64,000 bases of DNA, taken from assembly GCF_004010195.1 (NCBI RefSeq), contig NC_057728.1, positions 54,790,588 to 54,854,587 on the forward strand, given 5' to 3'. Source of the DNA: Chiloscyllium plagiosum. Its lineage: Eukaryota. The notes below the pieces were generated by a model. That model saw nothing but the letters and a program-made list of their open reading frames with translations. It ran no database searches and was not told the origin of the DNA. Both the position numbers and the translations under genes were made by a program. Numbering within the stretch: position 1 is the stretch's first letter; every line of letters begins with the position of its first letter. This document shows, piece after piece, positions 1 to 12,117 of the stretch.

Positions 1-283
1 GCTCAGCACTGTCCCCATGACTTGTCCAGACTTGTCCTACCTGCCTATCTTCTTTTCCACCTATCCATGCCACCCTCCCCTCCTGACCTATCACCTTCAT
101 CCCCTCCCCCACTCACCTATTGTACTCTATGCTACTTTCTCCCTACCCCCACCCTCCTCTCATTTATCTCTCTACCCTTCAGGCTCTCTGCCTGTATTCC
201 TGATGAAGGGCTTTTGCCCGAAACATCGGTTTTACTGCTCCTCGGATGCTGCCTGTACTGCTGTGCTCTTCCAGCACCACTAA
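1..283 (+). mobile_element. Penelope-like element 3'/pseudo-LTR remnant with hammerhead-like motif (200-227)
   Basis: Pyrimidine-rich tract, then CTGATGA-A-GGGC-TTTT-GCCC-GAAAC; same family as 17020-17495. Confidence 0.7.
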
Positions 284-367
284 TCCAGGTAAAGACGGCA
301 GACCTCCTTTCCTAAAGGACATCAGTGAACCAGATGGATTTATACAACAACGGTGACATGGTTGTCA

Positions 368-978
368 TTAGACATAGGAGCAGAATTAAGCCATTCAGCC
401 CTTTGTGACTGTTTCACATTTGATCGTGGCTGATATGTTTCTTAACTCCATTTTCCTCCCTTCACCCCGTATGCCTTGATCCCCTTATTAATCAAGAAAC
501 TATCTACCTCTGTTAAAGACACTCAATGATGTGGCTTTCACAGCCTTCTGTGGTAATAAGTTCCACAGATTCACCTTCCTCTGGCCAAAGAAATTCCTTC
601 TCATCTCAATTCTAAGGGGTTATCCCTTCACTCTGAGGCTGGATCCTTAGGTCCTAGCCTGTCTTACAAGTGGAAACATCTTCACCCCGTCCACTCTCAG
701 TGTTCTGTAAATTTCAATGAGATTCCCCCCTCATCCTTCAAATTCCTTTGAGCAGAGACCCAAAGTCCTCAACTCCTCCTCATATGACATCCCCGGGATC
801 ATGAATGCCATCTCCACCTCCTCCAAGGCTAGCACATCATTCCTTCGAATCGGGGTCCAAAACTGCTCACATTATTCCAATTGCAGGCTAAGCAGAGCCT
901 TATCACAGCCTCAACTGTACATCTCTGCTTTTGTATTCTAGCTCTCTTGAAATGGATGCTAACACTGCACTTGCCATT
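368..978 (-). mobile_element. CR1-type LINE 3' fragment
   Basis: Similar to the RT C-terminal/3'UTR CR1 copies at 26591-27836. Confidence 0.75.
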
Positions 979-1195
979 ACTGTCATCCAGCCTTTAATTC
1001 CAGATTGTATTAAATTCAAATTTTGCCTTCAATCATGATGGGATCGACACCCATGACCCAAGGACATTAATCTAGTCTTCTGTATATTACCAGTTCACTG
1101 ACACTGTCACCACGCCAATACCTTTCAAATGGGAATAGTGTTAGTTGTTTTGACCCAAGATCTCTGCCCCCATCTCAATTGGAGGTCCCATCTCA

Positions 1196-1760
1196 TCAAC
1201 TTAGCAAATGGAATATAATGCAGGAAAATGTGAGTTTATGTACTTTGGCAGAGAGAATAGACAGACTGCATATTATTTACAACAAAAACCCATTCTGAGG
1301 AAAGATCAATGGACCCAAAACATTAACTCTGCTTTCTCTCCACAGATCTGCTGAGATTTTCCAGCAACTTCTGTTTATATTTCAGATTCTCATTGGTACT
1401 TTTGTTTTTTTTTGTCTACTGAATATTATTTAAATGTTGAAAGACTGCAGAAAGCTAAGGAACAGAGAGATTTGGGAGTCTTCTGTCTATGAATCACAAA
1501 AAGCTAGCATCCAGGTTCAACACGTAATAGGGAAGGAAAATGGACTATTGGTCTTGATTTCATAAGGATTGCAGTATAAAAGTGGGAAGAGTTTGCTGAA
1601 ATTGTGGTAGATACTTGTCAGACCACAACTGGAATAGTTAAACCATTTTAGGCCCTTTTTCTAAAGAAAGATATACTGTGTGTGTGTGCCATTGTGTTCA
1701 GTCAAGAGAAGGTTTACTCGACTGATACCAGGAATATCTTATGGGAAGAGATGTTAGGGT
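1196..1760 (+). mobile_element. CR1 LINE RT fragment, interrupted by a PLE remnant at 1280-1417
   Basis: Decayed KCEVMHFG...LVRPQLEY-type coding; 15-bp TSD actg(c/a)atattattta at 1265-1279 and 1418-1432. Confidence 0.7.
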
Positions 1761-1798
1761 GTAAATGCATGCTGATAAAACTTTTCTTTTTCCTTCAG

Positions 1799-1932
1799 AT
1801 AAAACAGTAGGAGTGTTCCATCTACGATCTAAGAAGGGACAATACAAACTGAACTATTTAGCAGCACAGAAACTGTGCAAAGCAGAGGAAGCTGTATTGG
1901 CCACCTATAATCAGCTTGCCTACGCTCAGCAG
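1799..1932 (+). CDS. STAB2: Stabilin-2 internal exon, Link domain N-half ([11 protein letters not shown]...[12 protein letters not shown]); upstream exons lie outside the window
   Basis: ttccttcag acceptor, CAG|gtctgt donor; translation matches the Link module start (GVFHLRS, A..LC, LATY.QL..AQ). Confidence 0.93.
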
Positions 1933-1944
1933 GTCTGTGTTTTT

Positions 1945-3800
1945 TAAAAATACTTTAATGAAAAAGTTTTCTTCACAAAATTAGAAAGTTACAAAAATAT
2001 GAAAACATAGCATCATAACAACAATAAACATTAAGCCAACTACTATACCACTCTACAAAAGAAATCAAAACTACATTTATTACAAATCAGTAAATAAACA
2101 AGTAGCACCGCTCAGCGCAACAAGGCCATAGCTCTCAGCCTTCGAGAGCATCAATTATTGTCCGAAATTCTTCCTCTCATGGCATTAGGTTTATCAGACC
2201 AAACCATCATGGCTAGACAAAAGCCCGATTCAAAATGGCGAATGAATCTGCTTCCAAATAATTCAAAAAGGGTTGCCACGTCTTGTAAAGGCTCTCCTTT
2301 CTCTGGTGCACCATATTTGTAAGAAAGTCGAAAGAAATGTGTTCCATAATGAACTTAGGCCACCCCGACAAACCTGGGACACCCAGCACATCAGAATGTT
2401 CTACCCCGCACAAAAAGTGAGAATGTTAAAAACCTTTTTCCCCTGTACATCTAAGGGAGGTAAATCCAGGAGCAAAGAGACTGGGACCACTTTGACTCCA
2501 GTACCTGAGGCTCTCTCTATTACTCCTGCCACAGCACTCCAATACGCATGGAGCCTGTGGCAGAACCACAGAAAATGAGTGAGGGTACCGGTATCTATTT
2601 TACATTTGGGGCACATTGAAGATGCACCCTGCTTAAATTTTGCAAAATGATCTGGGGCCAGATGAGCCCTATGAAGAATCTTTAACTGTATAGCATGGGT
2701 CCTATTGTTGGTGTGTATTTTGTTCCACAAATCCAGACGACACGTTTCTGTACAATAGTAGATGCTTTATTATTAGACAGCCGGCAAGAGATTCAAAATG
2801 TCCCCAAAGTAGCCGTGTGTCTACTTGTGGTGACACTTCACTACGAATCTCTGCCCTACACACACAGACAGTATATTTTATAGGAATTAAATTATCGTCG
2901 TCACTTGGTTTAAAGTAGGTAATTATGAATTTACAAAGCCCGATGAATGTCGATGTCCTGTGATCACGTGTAAATGGATTACAAAAACTGATTATTGTAT
3001 TCTTCATGATTATGTGGTGATGGGAAAAGATTAAGGCAGAAGGGTTTGCTTGCTGTAAATGGGGGATTCACATACCCATGCTAATATGGAGGGGAAGTAA
3101 GACAATGGGAGCAGGAGGCAGTTTAACAGGGTTGTGGCCAAGGCTATCAGTCTTGCCTGGAAAGGGCAAATACCTCTGTCTGGGGCTATTGGGGAATCAA
3201 CATGTATGGCTCCACTCGACTCCTCTTCTGGGATACAGTTAGCCTCCCCCCTACTGAGATGTTCTGTCTGTATTGTAAGAGTACAGACTCTCTGTTGATA
3301 TTGCGATAAGTCCTTTGGTAGTGAAATGTTTAACCCTTGAGTCCCCAATGTGTCCAGAAAACAGAAGCAAAGCATGGAACTGACCCCTCTGTGGCATTTT
3401 AAAAACCTCACTATTACATATTGAAATTCTTCTCACATTCTCACAAATGTCTTCCCATGTTTCTGAAGTGACCTCAACTCCTAACTCTCTCTCCCAGACC
3501 TCACATGGACACTCAATGTCACCCGAGGGATCACCTCGCGCCCTCCCCCGCGCCCTCCCCCCTCACCACCACCCACCACCACCAAGTGATACTCACTGAA
3601 AGAGTGCTTTTAGCCTGAAGCACCCTCTTTTCCATATCAGATCTTTAACACTCAGTCAAGAGCATGCTCTCTTTTCGGATAAAATCTTGAATCTGAAAGA
3701 AATGAAAGAGGCCCCCTACTCGACAACCCGTATTTCCAAGTTAAGCAGGACTGTTTAATCTTGGCACATGTTGTCAGATAGGTCATTCACCATTGCTCAC
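1945..3800 (-). mobile_element. L1-clade LINE ORF2 C-terminus and 3' end, split by a solo LTR
   Basis: ORFs 2401-2730 (CPKC...H...C cysteine-rich domain) and 2213-2413 (KTWQPFLNYL); frame RISICN|RTHAIQLKILHR is restored when 2706-3410 is removed. Confidence 0.85.
2706..3410 (-). mobile_element. Solo LTR, 705 bp
   Basis: TG...CA ends, 4-bp TSD CTAT (2702-2705 / 3411-3414), AATAAA on - at 2766-2771 near its 3' end. Confidence 0.8.
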
Positions 3801-4257
3801 AAAGAGCAGGGACAATTGGTTATGTGGTTTGAGGAACATCACTCTGCAGGGGACAGGGCTATCGTGAGCTACCACAGTGAGTACACAGATTGACCCCACA
3901 ATGTTGGTGTGTCCCCACTAGAATAGCATCATTACATTGAATAGCTTATATTTACATAGATTACGTTCGATTTTTTGAACACAAACAGGCCATTTGGATA
4001 AGTTGTCTGTGCTTCACACAAGCCAATATCCACCCCTCTTTATCTAACGCTTATATATCCTTCTATTCCTTTCACATGTACTTATCTAGCATCTCCAGAA
4101 ATTTATCAATGCTGTTTCTCTCATTCACTACTTCTGCTATTACTCATTACATATGTTTATTACAACAGTGATATTAATATAAAGTAACTTACCATTAAGA
4201 ACACTTTGCATAAAACTGGACCTTTTGAGAAATTGTACCATTGATTTCTGGTTTTAG

Positions 4258-4423
4258 GCGGGTTACCATTTGTGTTCGGCTGGTTGGCTGGATGGCCAGA
4301 GAGTGTCCTATCCAACCAGTTTCTCCAATTCAAACTGTGGCTCTGGGCACGTGGGAATAGTGGACTATGGCCCCCGAGTCAATATTAGTGAAACATGGGA
4401 TGCTTTCTGCTACCGAATGAAAG
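4258..4423 (+). CDS. STAB2: Stabilin-2 exon, Link domain C-half ([11 protein letters not shown]...[23 protein letters not shown])
   Basis: ttttag acceptor, G|gtaac donor, phase continues from previous exon; CSAGW, GIVDYG, WDAFCY Link motifs. Confidence 0.95.
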
Positions 4424-4499
4424 GTAACAAACACACTTGTTTTGCCACCATTGAAGTCTTTTGTTTCAATGATTAAAACTCCAATGTTTTTGCACACAG

Positions 4500-4606
4500 A
4501 TGTACAGTGCACATGTAAGAAAGGTTATGTGGGCAATGGCTATTCATGCAATGGGAACCTGCTGCAAGTTCTGACCAGCATTGACAAGTTTTCTACTTTC
4601 CTTACA
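4500..4606 (+). CDS. STAB2: Stabilin-2 exon, EGF-like tail and start of the last fasciclin domain ([25 protein letters not shown]...FLT)
   Basis: 76-bp intron upstream, cacag acceptor, ACA|gtgagt donor; CxCxxGYxGxGxxC motif. Confidence 0.95.
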
Positions 4607-5764
4607 GTGAGTAGCTATGTTTTACCCTTTGAGGAGAATATACAGGTGTACAGCATAGAAACAAGTTAATTGGTCTAACTGGAACCATAGGCAGAATCCT
4701 CATACACTGTTTGTCAAAAGTCTTATAAAAAAAACACAGCTTATCTTTTTATACAAGTTTTCTCTGTGAAACACAGTGAAGCTCTCCCTGTCTATCATGT
4801 TCTCCCATCATTGCTTCACGTGAGCATCTTAATTCATTTAGCTCGATTAGTATATTCTCCTGTCAATTTTCCTGATGTACTTGTCTAGCGTCCCAACCCT
4901 GTTCAATCGAGCAGAACTCGAATATTACTGAAAATTCACAATTTGTTGAAACCTTTTCATCTTGTGATCATCAGAACAATTCACACGAACACCAATATTT
5001 TTATTGAAGGAGCTGTCCCACTTTAAATTGGTATTCTTGCAAATTGGCCTAATGTTTTTAATGTTTCTATCAAATTGTCCTGATGAGCCAATGATTGATA
5101 TCTCCGTAGGTCATAACCTGAACAAACTTTTCCAAAACACTTCATTCAATCACTTTGGGATGACCTGCGGTTGTGAAAGACACCATGTAATTGGAAGCTC
5201 GTTCTTTCTTTTATTTGAAGCAAAGCACTATTGTTACATTGTCAATGGCTAACACAATAATCCTTCAAAAGGGAATCAGATATGTACTCTCAAAGAAAAC
5301 ATCCTGACTATGGGACAAGAGCAGGGAAGTAGGAATAATTGGATAACTCTTTAAAAGGGCCAGCACAGATGAGATGGAGTGATTAACCTCATTCTATTAT
5401 TCTTGATGCTATGATGTAAGAGATCTAACCAGAATAGGATGAAAATGTATCAGTATTAAATATACAAATGTAGAATCCCTTCCTTTAATTAATGTGCTTT
5501 AAATTTCTGTTCCTTCATTAAAGAGCAAATTATATACCAGCAATGCAGCGTATCCAAGCTTATAATTAATGTTATATACTTTTCACTTTCTTGACAAATA
5601 TAGTTGAAGGATTTGAGGCAATTGCACTGTTAGATAATCATCAGTAACCAATTAAAGGTAATTATCGGACACAAGCTTTAGTTGTACTTTAGATTTGAAA
5701 TGGTCTAAAGCTGACAAGGTGAAGACTGGAGATTGAGGCTTAAGTGTCATTTTTCTATTTCCAG

Positions 5765-5884
5765 AAACTTCTCAATTATTCAAACACCACAGAGAATGGC
5801 AGAAGGTTTGTGGAAGTCCTCACAGATCTGTCAGTCAAAGGCACGCTATTCGTCCCGGTGAACTCTGGATTCCATGAAAATGTG
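5765..5884 (+). CDS. STAB2: Stabilin-2 exon, fasciclin domain (KLLNYSN...[22 protein letters not shown])
   Basis: tttccag acceptor, GTG|gtaaat donor, 120 nt phase 0-0; FAS1 H1 motif TLFVP.N. Confidence 0.93.
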
Positions 5885-6223
5885 GTAAATGTCAGACATG
5901 TTTTCATATCCAGCCACAATGAATTGATTTCTCTTGAGAATCGAGCAGAATCTACACTCTTTTAACCATTCAAGTTTTGATTTGATTCGGATTGCAACAG
6001 ACTTGATTTGAAAACTAAGGTTACAGTCCCAACCAATTAAAACATCCACACTTAACACTGCTGGCCTTATACACTGACCAAGAACAAAATCAATAATCCA
6101 CATAATCAATAATCAGCGTTGATGCTGATTTTTTGAATGCTGCCAGTAATGACATTCCAGAAGTGCTACATTTAGTTTGGGCTGAAGAAGGTTGTCATAT
6201 TCCCTTGTTGGTTAAGGCATCCT

Positions 6224-6248
6224 AGGTAAAAACAATGACTGCAGATGC
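6224..6248. mobile_element. 25-bp PLE-terminus insertion with 15-bp TSD
   Basis: TGGTTAAGGCATCCT at 6209-6223 and 6249-6263; insert matches the sequence at 54063-54087. Confidence 0.75.
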
Positions 6249-6384
6249 TGGTTAAGGCATCCTGTATACTCAACGAATGAGAATGTTCAATATGCCTTGA
6301 GACACTTGGGAATTGCAAATGGGATAGAATTCCCTCAGGAACTACATGCAAACAGCCATTTACATGACTTTTCTAAGTATTCCA

Positions 6385-6540
6385 GCAGATGCTGGAGATT
6401 AGAGTCCAGAGTGTGATGCTGGAAAAGCGCAGCAGGTCAGGCAGCATCAGAGGAGCAGGAGAATCGGCGTTTCGGACAAAAGCCCTTCATCAAGTCTGAC
6501 CTACTGTTCTTTTCCAGCACCACACTCTGAACTCTCCACT
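6385..6540 (-). mobile_element. Fold-back PLE remnant with decayed hammerhead motif on - (about 6462-6494)
   Basis: Inverted arms gagtgtgatgctggaaaag...ggtcag / ctgacc...cttttccagcaccacactc; - strand reads TTGATGAAGGGCTTTTGTCCGAAACGCC. Confidence 0.7.
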
Positions 6541-9500
6541 ATCTCCCAAGGAAGAAAGAAAAAGCATCAAAAATTCCAGTTGACTATATATATGTCACAC
6601 TCCACCTGTTGTATAAGGTAATGGACATTAAAGAGTCCATCTGAAACATTGCCCATTCTGAGAGATTACACAGCTACTGCATGGAGTATTGTAGAGTTAG
6701 AGACCGTTCAGGCAGTTATCAGACTGACTAGGTCTATATGTTCTACCTATCATTTGTTCGTGATAGTCAATATGCTTAAGAGTTCATGTAACCCATGTAC
6801 ACAGTTGCTCAGATGTAATAAACAATATTCTATTATCAAAAATAAGAGCATCATCTGCTAACTCTGATTCATGGTCTGTCACCCAACACCGAATACATTA
6901 TCTTTGGGCTGGGGACTGGGGGAGTTGATAGCGAATCTATCCAGGCTTCACTTCGTATTACATCACGACAGGCTTTCACATTACTGTAATAAAACCAACC
7001 TGAGGTCAAATCCAGATAGGATCAAAGATACGCTTCCACTGACTGAAAAGTAGATTTTTTTTTCCCTAGTGAATCACAGCAGATGGATGACTGCAACTCC
7101 AAACTGGCTAATACATGGCAGTAATTGCTCAAAGAATGGTTTGTTTCCACAGTACCTCAATGCCATCAGTGTCTGTTCAGGAACTCATTTACCAGTAATT
7201 ATCAGGTCTTTGGATTTTCACATGGAACATGTATGTTGCTGCCTAAACCAGCATAGGTCAGCCCATCTGCTGTTACCCAGACACAGTTACAAGTCAGCCA
7301 CATTGCAGGTAGGTCTGGAGTGTCAAGTAGGCCAGATCAGGCAAGATTTCCTTCCCGAAAGAGCAGTGGTGAACCCAGATGGGCTTTTTAACCAACAGTG
7401 GGAACATGGTCATCATTGGAGGGACTGAGAGATTGTCTATATGATATCCCCAGAAAACGAGAGATTTATGATAGCTGATTAAGCTTTACTAGCCAATTGC
7501 AGAAGTAGCCTATATAATAATAATTTTATTCTGTCTCACTTGCACTCTATTATGGCTTTTACAGTGTTCAATGGGAGTGTTGTCTAGTTAGTGAAAAGAG
7601 AATTTTAATCCAAGCTATTAACATTGTGACTCAAATGAACAAATCAGTATGTCAGGAGAAGGAATTCTTTGTTCAGCCATTGATCTTGCCTGACAATTGG
7701 ATCAATCTTAGTTTGAATTTAAAAATGGAAAATCTCAATTCTCTTTTCAAGAACATTTTTTCAAGATGTTTTAGAGTCCATCCTGTCACTTTCCAAATAA
7801 TCTCCTTCCTCTTCCTGACTTCTTCCTGGGGAGAATATAAATGAAGTTCTCATGGTACCAATGTCTGCCTTGGCTTTTCGGGTCACTCCCTGGTACAACA
7901 GCCAATCCAGTCACATTAGCAACATGTCCCCTGTGGCGACTGGTCCTGACCTTGCCCTGCAGGGGGCAGTGTGTAGGGGCAGTGCACCTCTGTAGCTGCC
8001 CCTCTATTTTCACTTGCCTCTTCATTGGGATTTACCCTGATTAGTTCCATCTTTCCAGCCTTCCTGGACTTGGCTGTTTCTGAGTACTGGTCATCCTTTT
8101 CCTACGCATGGGCTTTTCTCTGGAGTACCCATGATTCCATGTGTGTATCGTTGGCGAGGTCAAAATTATCACAATACTTACCATTCTGGTCATGTGTAAA
8201 CCTATGGTCCTAGTGCAATTGGCCTTATTCTGTACCGTAAGCTGGTATCTATCCAGCTGCCTGAACACAGCAGTGAAGAGCTTCTAGATATAAGTGCCTG
8301 GTAAATGTGGTTAAGTATTCCATTTTCTTTTGTCAGCAGTTAATTAGCCCGTCCATAGGGTCCTCTCTCGTGTAACCAACCACAGTTTTCATGTCCTCGG
8401 GTTCCCCTCTGCCCACATTTTATTGATGGGGCAAAGCGATGAAGACTGCGTGAAGCACATTAATATCAGCTTGATTTTCTTGGGGTTGCTCAATGCGTGC
8501 AAAGTTCTGTGTTGGTGGGAGTTGTGGTAGAATTCACAGGGGTCAGTGGTGGGTTGGCAGACAAGGAATTTTTTGGCTATCTCTGCTAGTGAATGGGATG
8601 GCATGGATGACATTGGCAGCCCCTTGCCTATCTTGGTGACTGGTGGGTTCATCAGCACCAGAAGGTGAAGTGGGGCTGGGGGAGCTGATGGTGTGGGGGT
8701 GAGGGAGCGTGCTACCAGGGATAGAGGCTCCTCCAGGAAGGGAGGTGGGCTCCGGATCCCTCATGGTTCACAGCATACCACTGTGTTTCCTCCTCTATGC
8801 TCCCCCCACCACCATGGCTCTTCTCATCTTGTGCCCCTCAGCCCTAAAGCTGCATTTTATCCCTTTCTGGACCACAAGGTGGCACTTTGATCTAGCAATC
8901 TTGTGCTGGCCCTTTGATCTGTAGCGCTGGCCTGCGCTCTCTGTTTAACTTCATAGAGAGCCATGACCACTGTCTGCAATTGTCCCCATTTCTCAGCTAG
9001 CTTGGTCACAGCTTTCCCAGCCAAGACATGATCCAGGATCACACGTTGTTCCCCTTCATGGGCTTCTCTCTCTGAAACTGCCCCTTGTGCAGTAAATTCT
9101 CCTGCTTCCTCTGTTAGTCTTCTTGAATTTTGACCTGGATTCACTTGATTCTGTCCTTTTTATTAACTTTTCTTTGCATTTAAGCTTTTTCAACTTCTCT
9201 CCTTTTTGGCTTGTGCCATGTATTACTGTACCCTTACTTTATTTTGGGGCTTACCTATCTCTTTATGGCCCCCTCCCAACTATTTTGCCCTTCAGATCCC
9301 AGACCTGAAACTAATGTAGTGCAGTATTTAGGCCACTTCTTATTCAGGTATTTCCTCAGAGCTTACACTCACTCTGAGCAGTCTCCCATTGCTTTCATCT
9401 CTCGTTCCTCTCAAGTTTGTCCGAGCAGCTGAGAAGTGACGGGGTATAACGCTAAATTCCCTGTGAGTGCCACTTACAAGAGGCGAGACATACCATATCC

Positions 9501-10211
9501 CCGCAGCAGCAACCTCCCCCCACTCAAAGCTGACATGCAGACTGTACCATTCCTCCTTGACTAACCTAGCTTTGAAACCATGCTGTCATCTCACTGCACA
9601 GACCCTGTGCTGTCAAGTGGGGCAGCTGCCTCTTAAATCAGGCTCAGGCTGGATGTTCAGATTTTCCATTCATTGTCTGTGACACCAGCTGTTCAGCTCT
9701 CCAGGCAACTGAATTAGAATTCCTCACAAATAGTTCGCTGCGTATGTACTGCTCACCGGAAACCTCCACCGTTCAAATCTTCAGTACAAGTTGCTATGTT
9801 TCCACTATTTAGTTTTTTGGACATGGGCATTGCTGGCAAGACCTGCATTTATTACCCGTTCCAGTGTATCCAGTGTGCGTTTTGATCCAACCGGTTGGCT
9901 TGCTAACATCGGTCAGCCATGTTAGTTTGGGGGACTGGAGTCACATAAGCGAGACCATGAAGGGTTTCCCTTCCTCAAGGGTCATGTGAAGTAGTGGCAT
10001 TTTTTTTTAGAAGTTTGCCGTCACTTTTTACTGAGAACAGTGTTTCATAAATAGAATTTATTCCAAACCGATTGTAAATTCTCAAACTGCTGTTGGTTGG
10101 AATTTTAACTCTCCAATAATTAATTCAGATTATCAGCAACAAAGCACTTACTAAACTCTCCGATGTAATATAAAAAAGTTGATTAAACACTAGTATTGTT
10201 TTTATTCGCAG

Positions 10212-10478
10212 ACGCTATCTGGACGGGACATTGAATACCACTTTTCTAATCTCAGTACCTACATCTACCACAAAATGGAGAATGGAACCCTCATCCGGAG
10301 TACAATTGGTCACACACTGCTCATCACGATGGCGAAAAATACCCACCCTCCAAGCCCTGAGTTCAATCAGCAGGTTGGAAAGTTGGTGAATGACCGGCCA
10401 ATTGTGGCGTGGGACATTGTTGCATCAAACGGGATAATTCATGCCATTGATAAGCCTTTACAGGCACCCCTTGAACCA
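10212..10478 (+). CDS. STAB2: Stabilin-2 exon, fasciclin domain C-half (TLSGRDIEYHF...DIVASNGIIHAIDKPLQAPLEP)
   Basis: ttcgcag acceptor, CCA|gtaagt donor, 267 nt; FAS1 H2 motif NGIIH.I..PL. Confidence 0.94.
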
Positions 10479-11587
10479 GTAAGTGAATGCACAATGTAGT
10501 AATATTACAATGAAGGATCTCATTTACAATTAGAATGCGGTTTTTTTTTTATTCATTCATGTGTTGCAGGCAAGGCTGGTGTTTTATTGCCTATCCCATT
10601 TTCCTTGAGAAAACAGCAGTAAGGTCCTTCCTTGAATGACTGCTGTCTGTGTGGTGTTGGTGCACCCCAGGTGATGTTTGATTTGGAGTTCTAGGGGATT
10701 GGCCCAGCTACTGGAAAGAAACAGCAACACAGATCCACGCCACTCAGAGGGGTGCCTGGAGTTGGTGGTCTTCCCTTGTCCTTCCAGGAAGTGCTGATTG
10801 CTGGTTTGGAAAGGGATACCAAAGATGCACCAGCAACTCACTGTATTTATACACACACCATGCTAAAATTGCGCTATTTATCACTCAAGGCTGTCAAAAC
10901 CGCAGCTAGCAGTCACTTATGCACAGTGAGCCCCAACAATCCAGCTCACGAACCTCAGACCCAGCTGCAGGAATATTTTTTATGCGTTATCTAATAACAC
11001 CGCAGGTCCCAGCCAAAACCGATGGTTATCCCTGTCTGGGATCAGCAGAAAGGATTCATTGGGGTGGGGGGGGGGGGGGGTCCCATTAGGTTATCTTGCT
11101 CAGGCCTTAGTTTGGACATGGGCATTACTGACAAGGCCTGTATTTGTTACCCATCCCAGTGTATCCAGTGCGCATTTTGATCCAACTGGGTGGCTTGCTT
11201 TACTACTTGAGTGCAGCTTAGGGAAGGGTGGGTGATCTGGAGCTTCTCTATTACTTGGCTTTTTTTCCAAATTATCCCATCCTATAGTTTGCACCTGCAA
11301 GTCCTCCGCTCCCCATCTGCCCCTCAAATCACAATGCAAACTACCCTCAGCCACACTTCCCCGGGATTTCCCTCCCCTTCAGGACATCAGACACTAGATT
11401 GCCAGTCTCCAGGGCCTCCAGCACTTTCACTCTGGGAACTGCTTGCAGTCCCAGCAGTCACCACCACTCCCACTGGCGCTAGCTTCCTAAGGCAGAACTT
11501 CTGACTAATTGATGCCTATGGGGGTATTACTGACCAGCAGGAGGTGCAGTCCCCATCTATTTCACTGACAGAGGAGTGGAGAAGTAA

Positions 11588-12117
11588 CTGGCACAGAAGG
11601 AGACCATTCAGCCTATCTAGTCCATGTTGGTAATCTGTAGAGCAATCCAGCATGTCCTATTCTCCTGGCACCCTGCAAGATCATCTCCATTTCCCCCACT
11701 GTACTACACAACAAAGTTTGAGGTCATTATCATTCATTGCAAGAACAGGCTGTCTTCTCAATCCCCCAATGCATCTCTTGCCCAGAACTTCAATTCTGTT
11801 TTCTTTGTGGTTTGTACCATCAATTTATAGAAACAGATTTGTTTCGCTACTTGGCATCATCTTGTACCCCATCATCAAATCTCTGTTTAACCTCTTCTGC
11901 TCCAAAGACAGCTTTTTCAGCCTAACCACATATCTATAATCCCTCATACTTGGAACTATTCTGCTGCGTCTCCTCTGCACCTTCTTGAGAACCCTTACAT
12001 CCTTCCTAATATGTGGTGACCAGAATGGTCACTAAGACACAATGCCCTAGTTGTGGTCTAACCAGAACTTTCAGTATACATCCCCCTTCCTTTTATACTC
12101 AGGACCTCTCTTTACAA
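11588..12117 (-). mobile_element. Old CR1 LINE 3' fragment
   Basis: Decayed CR1 3' end motifs (gaccattcagcc...ccttcctaatatgtggtgaccagaa). Confidence 0.6.

Noticed and set aside
11061..11080. Poly-G run as a G-quadruplex/regulatory element
   Set aside because: Simple homopolymer within repeat-derived intronic DNA; length is unreliable in assemblies
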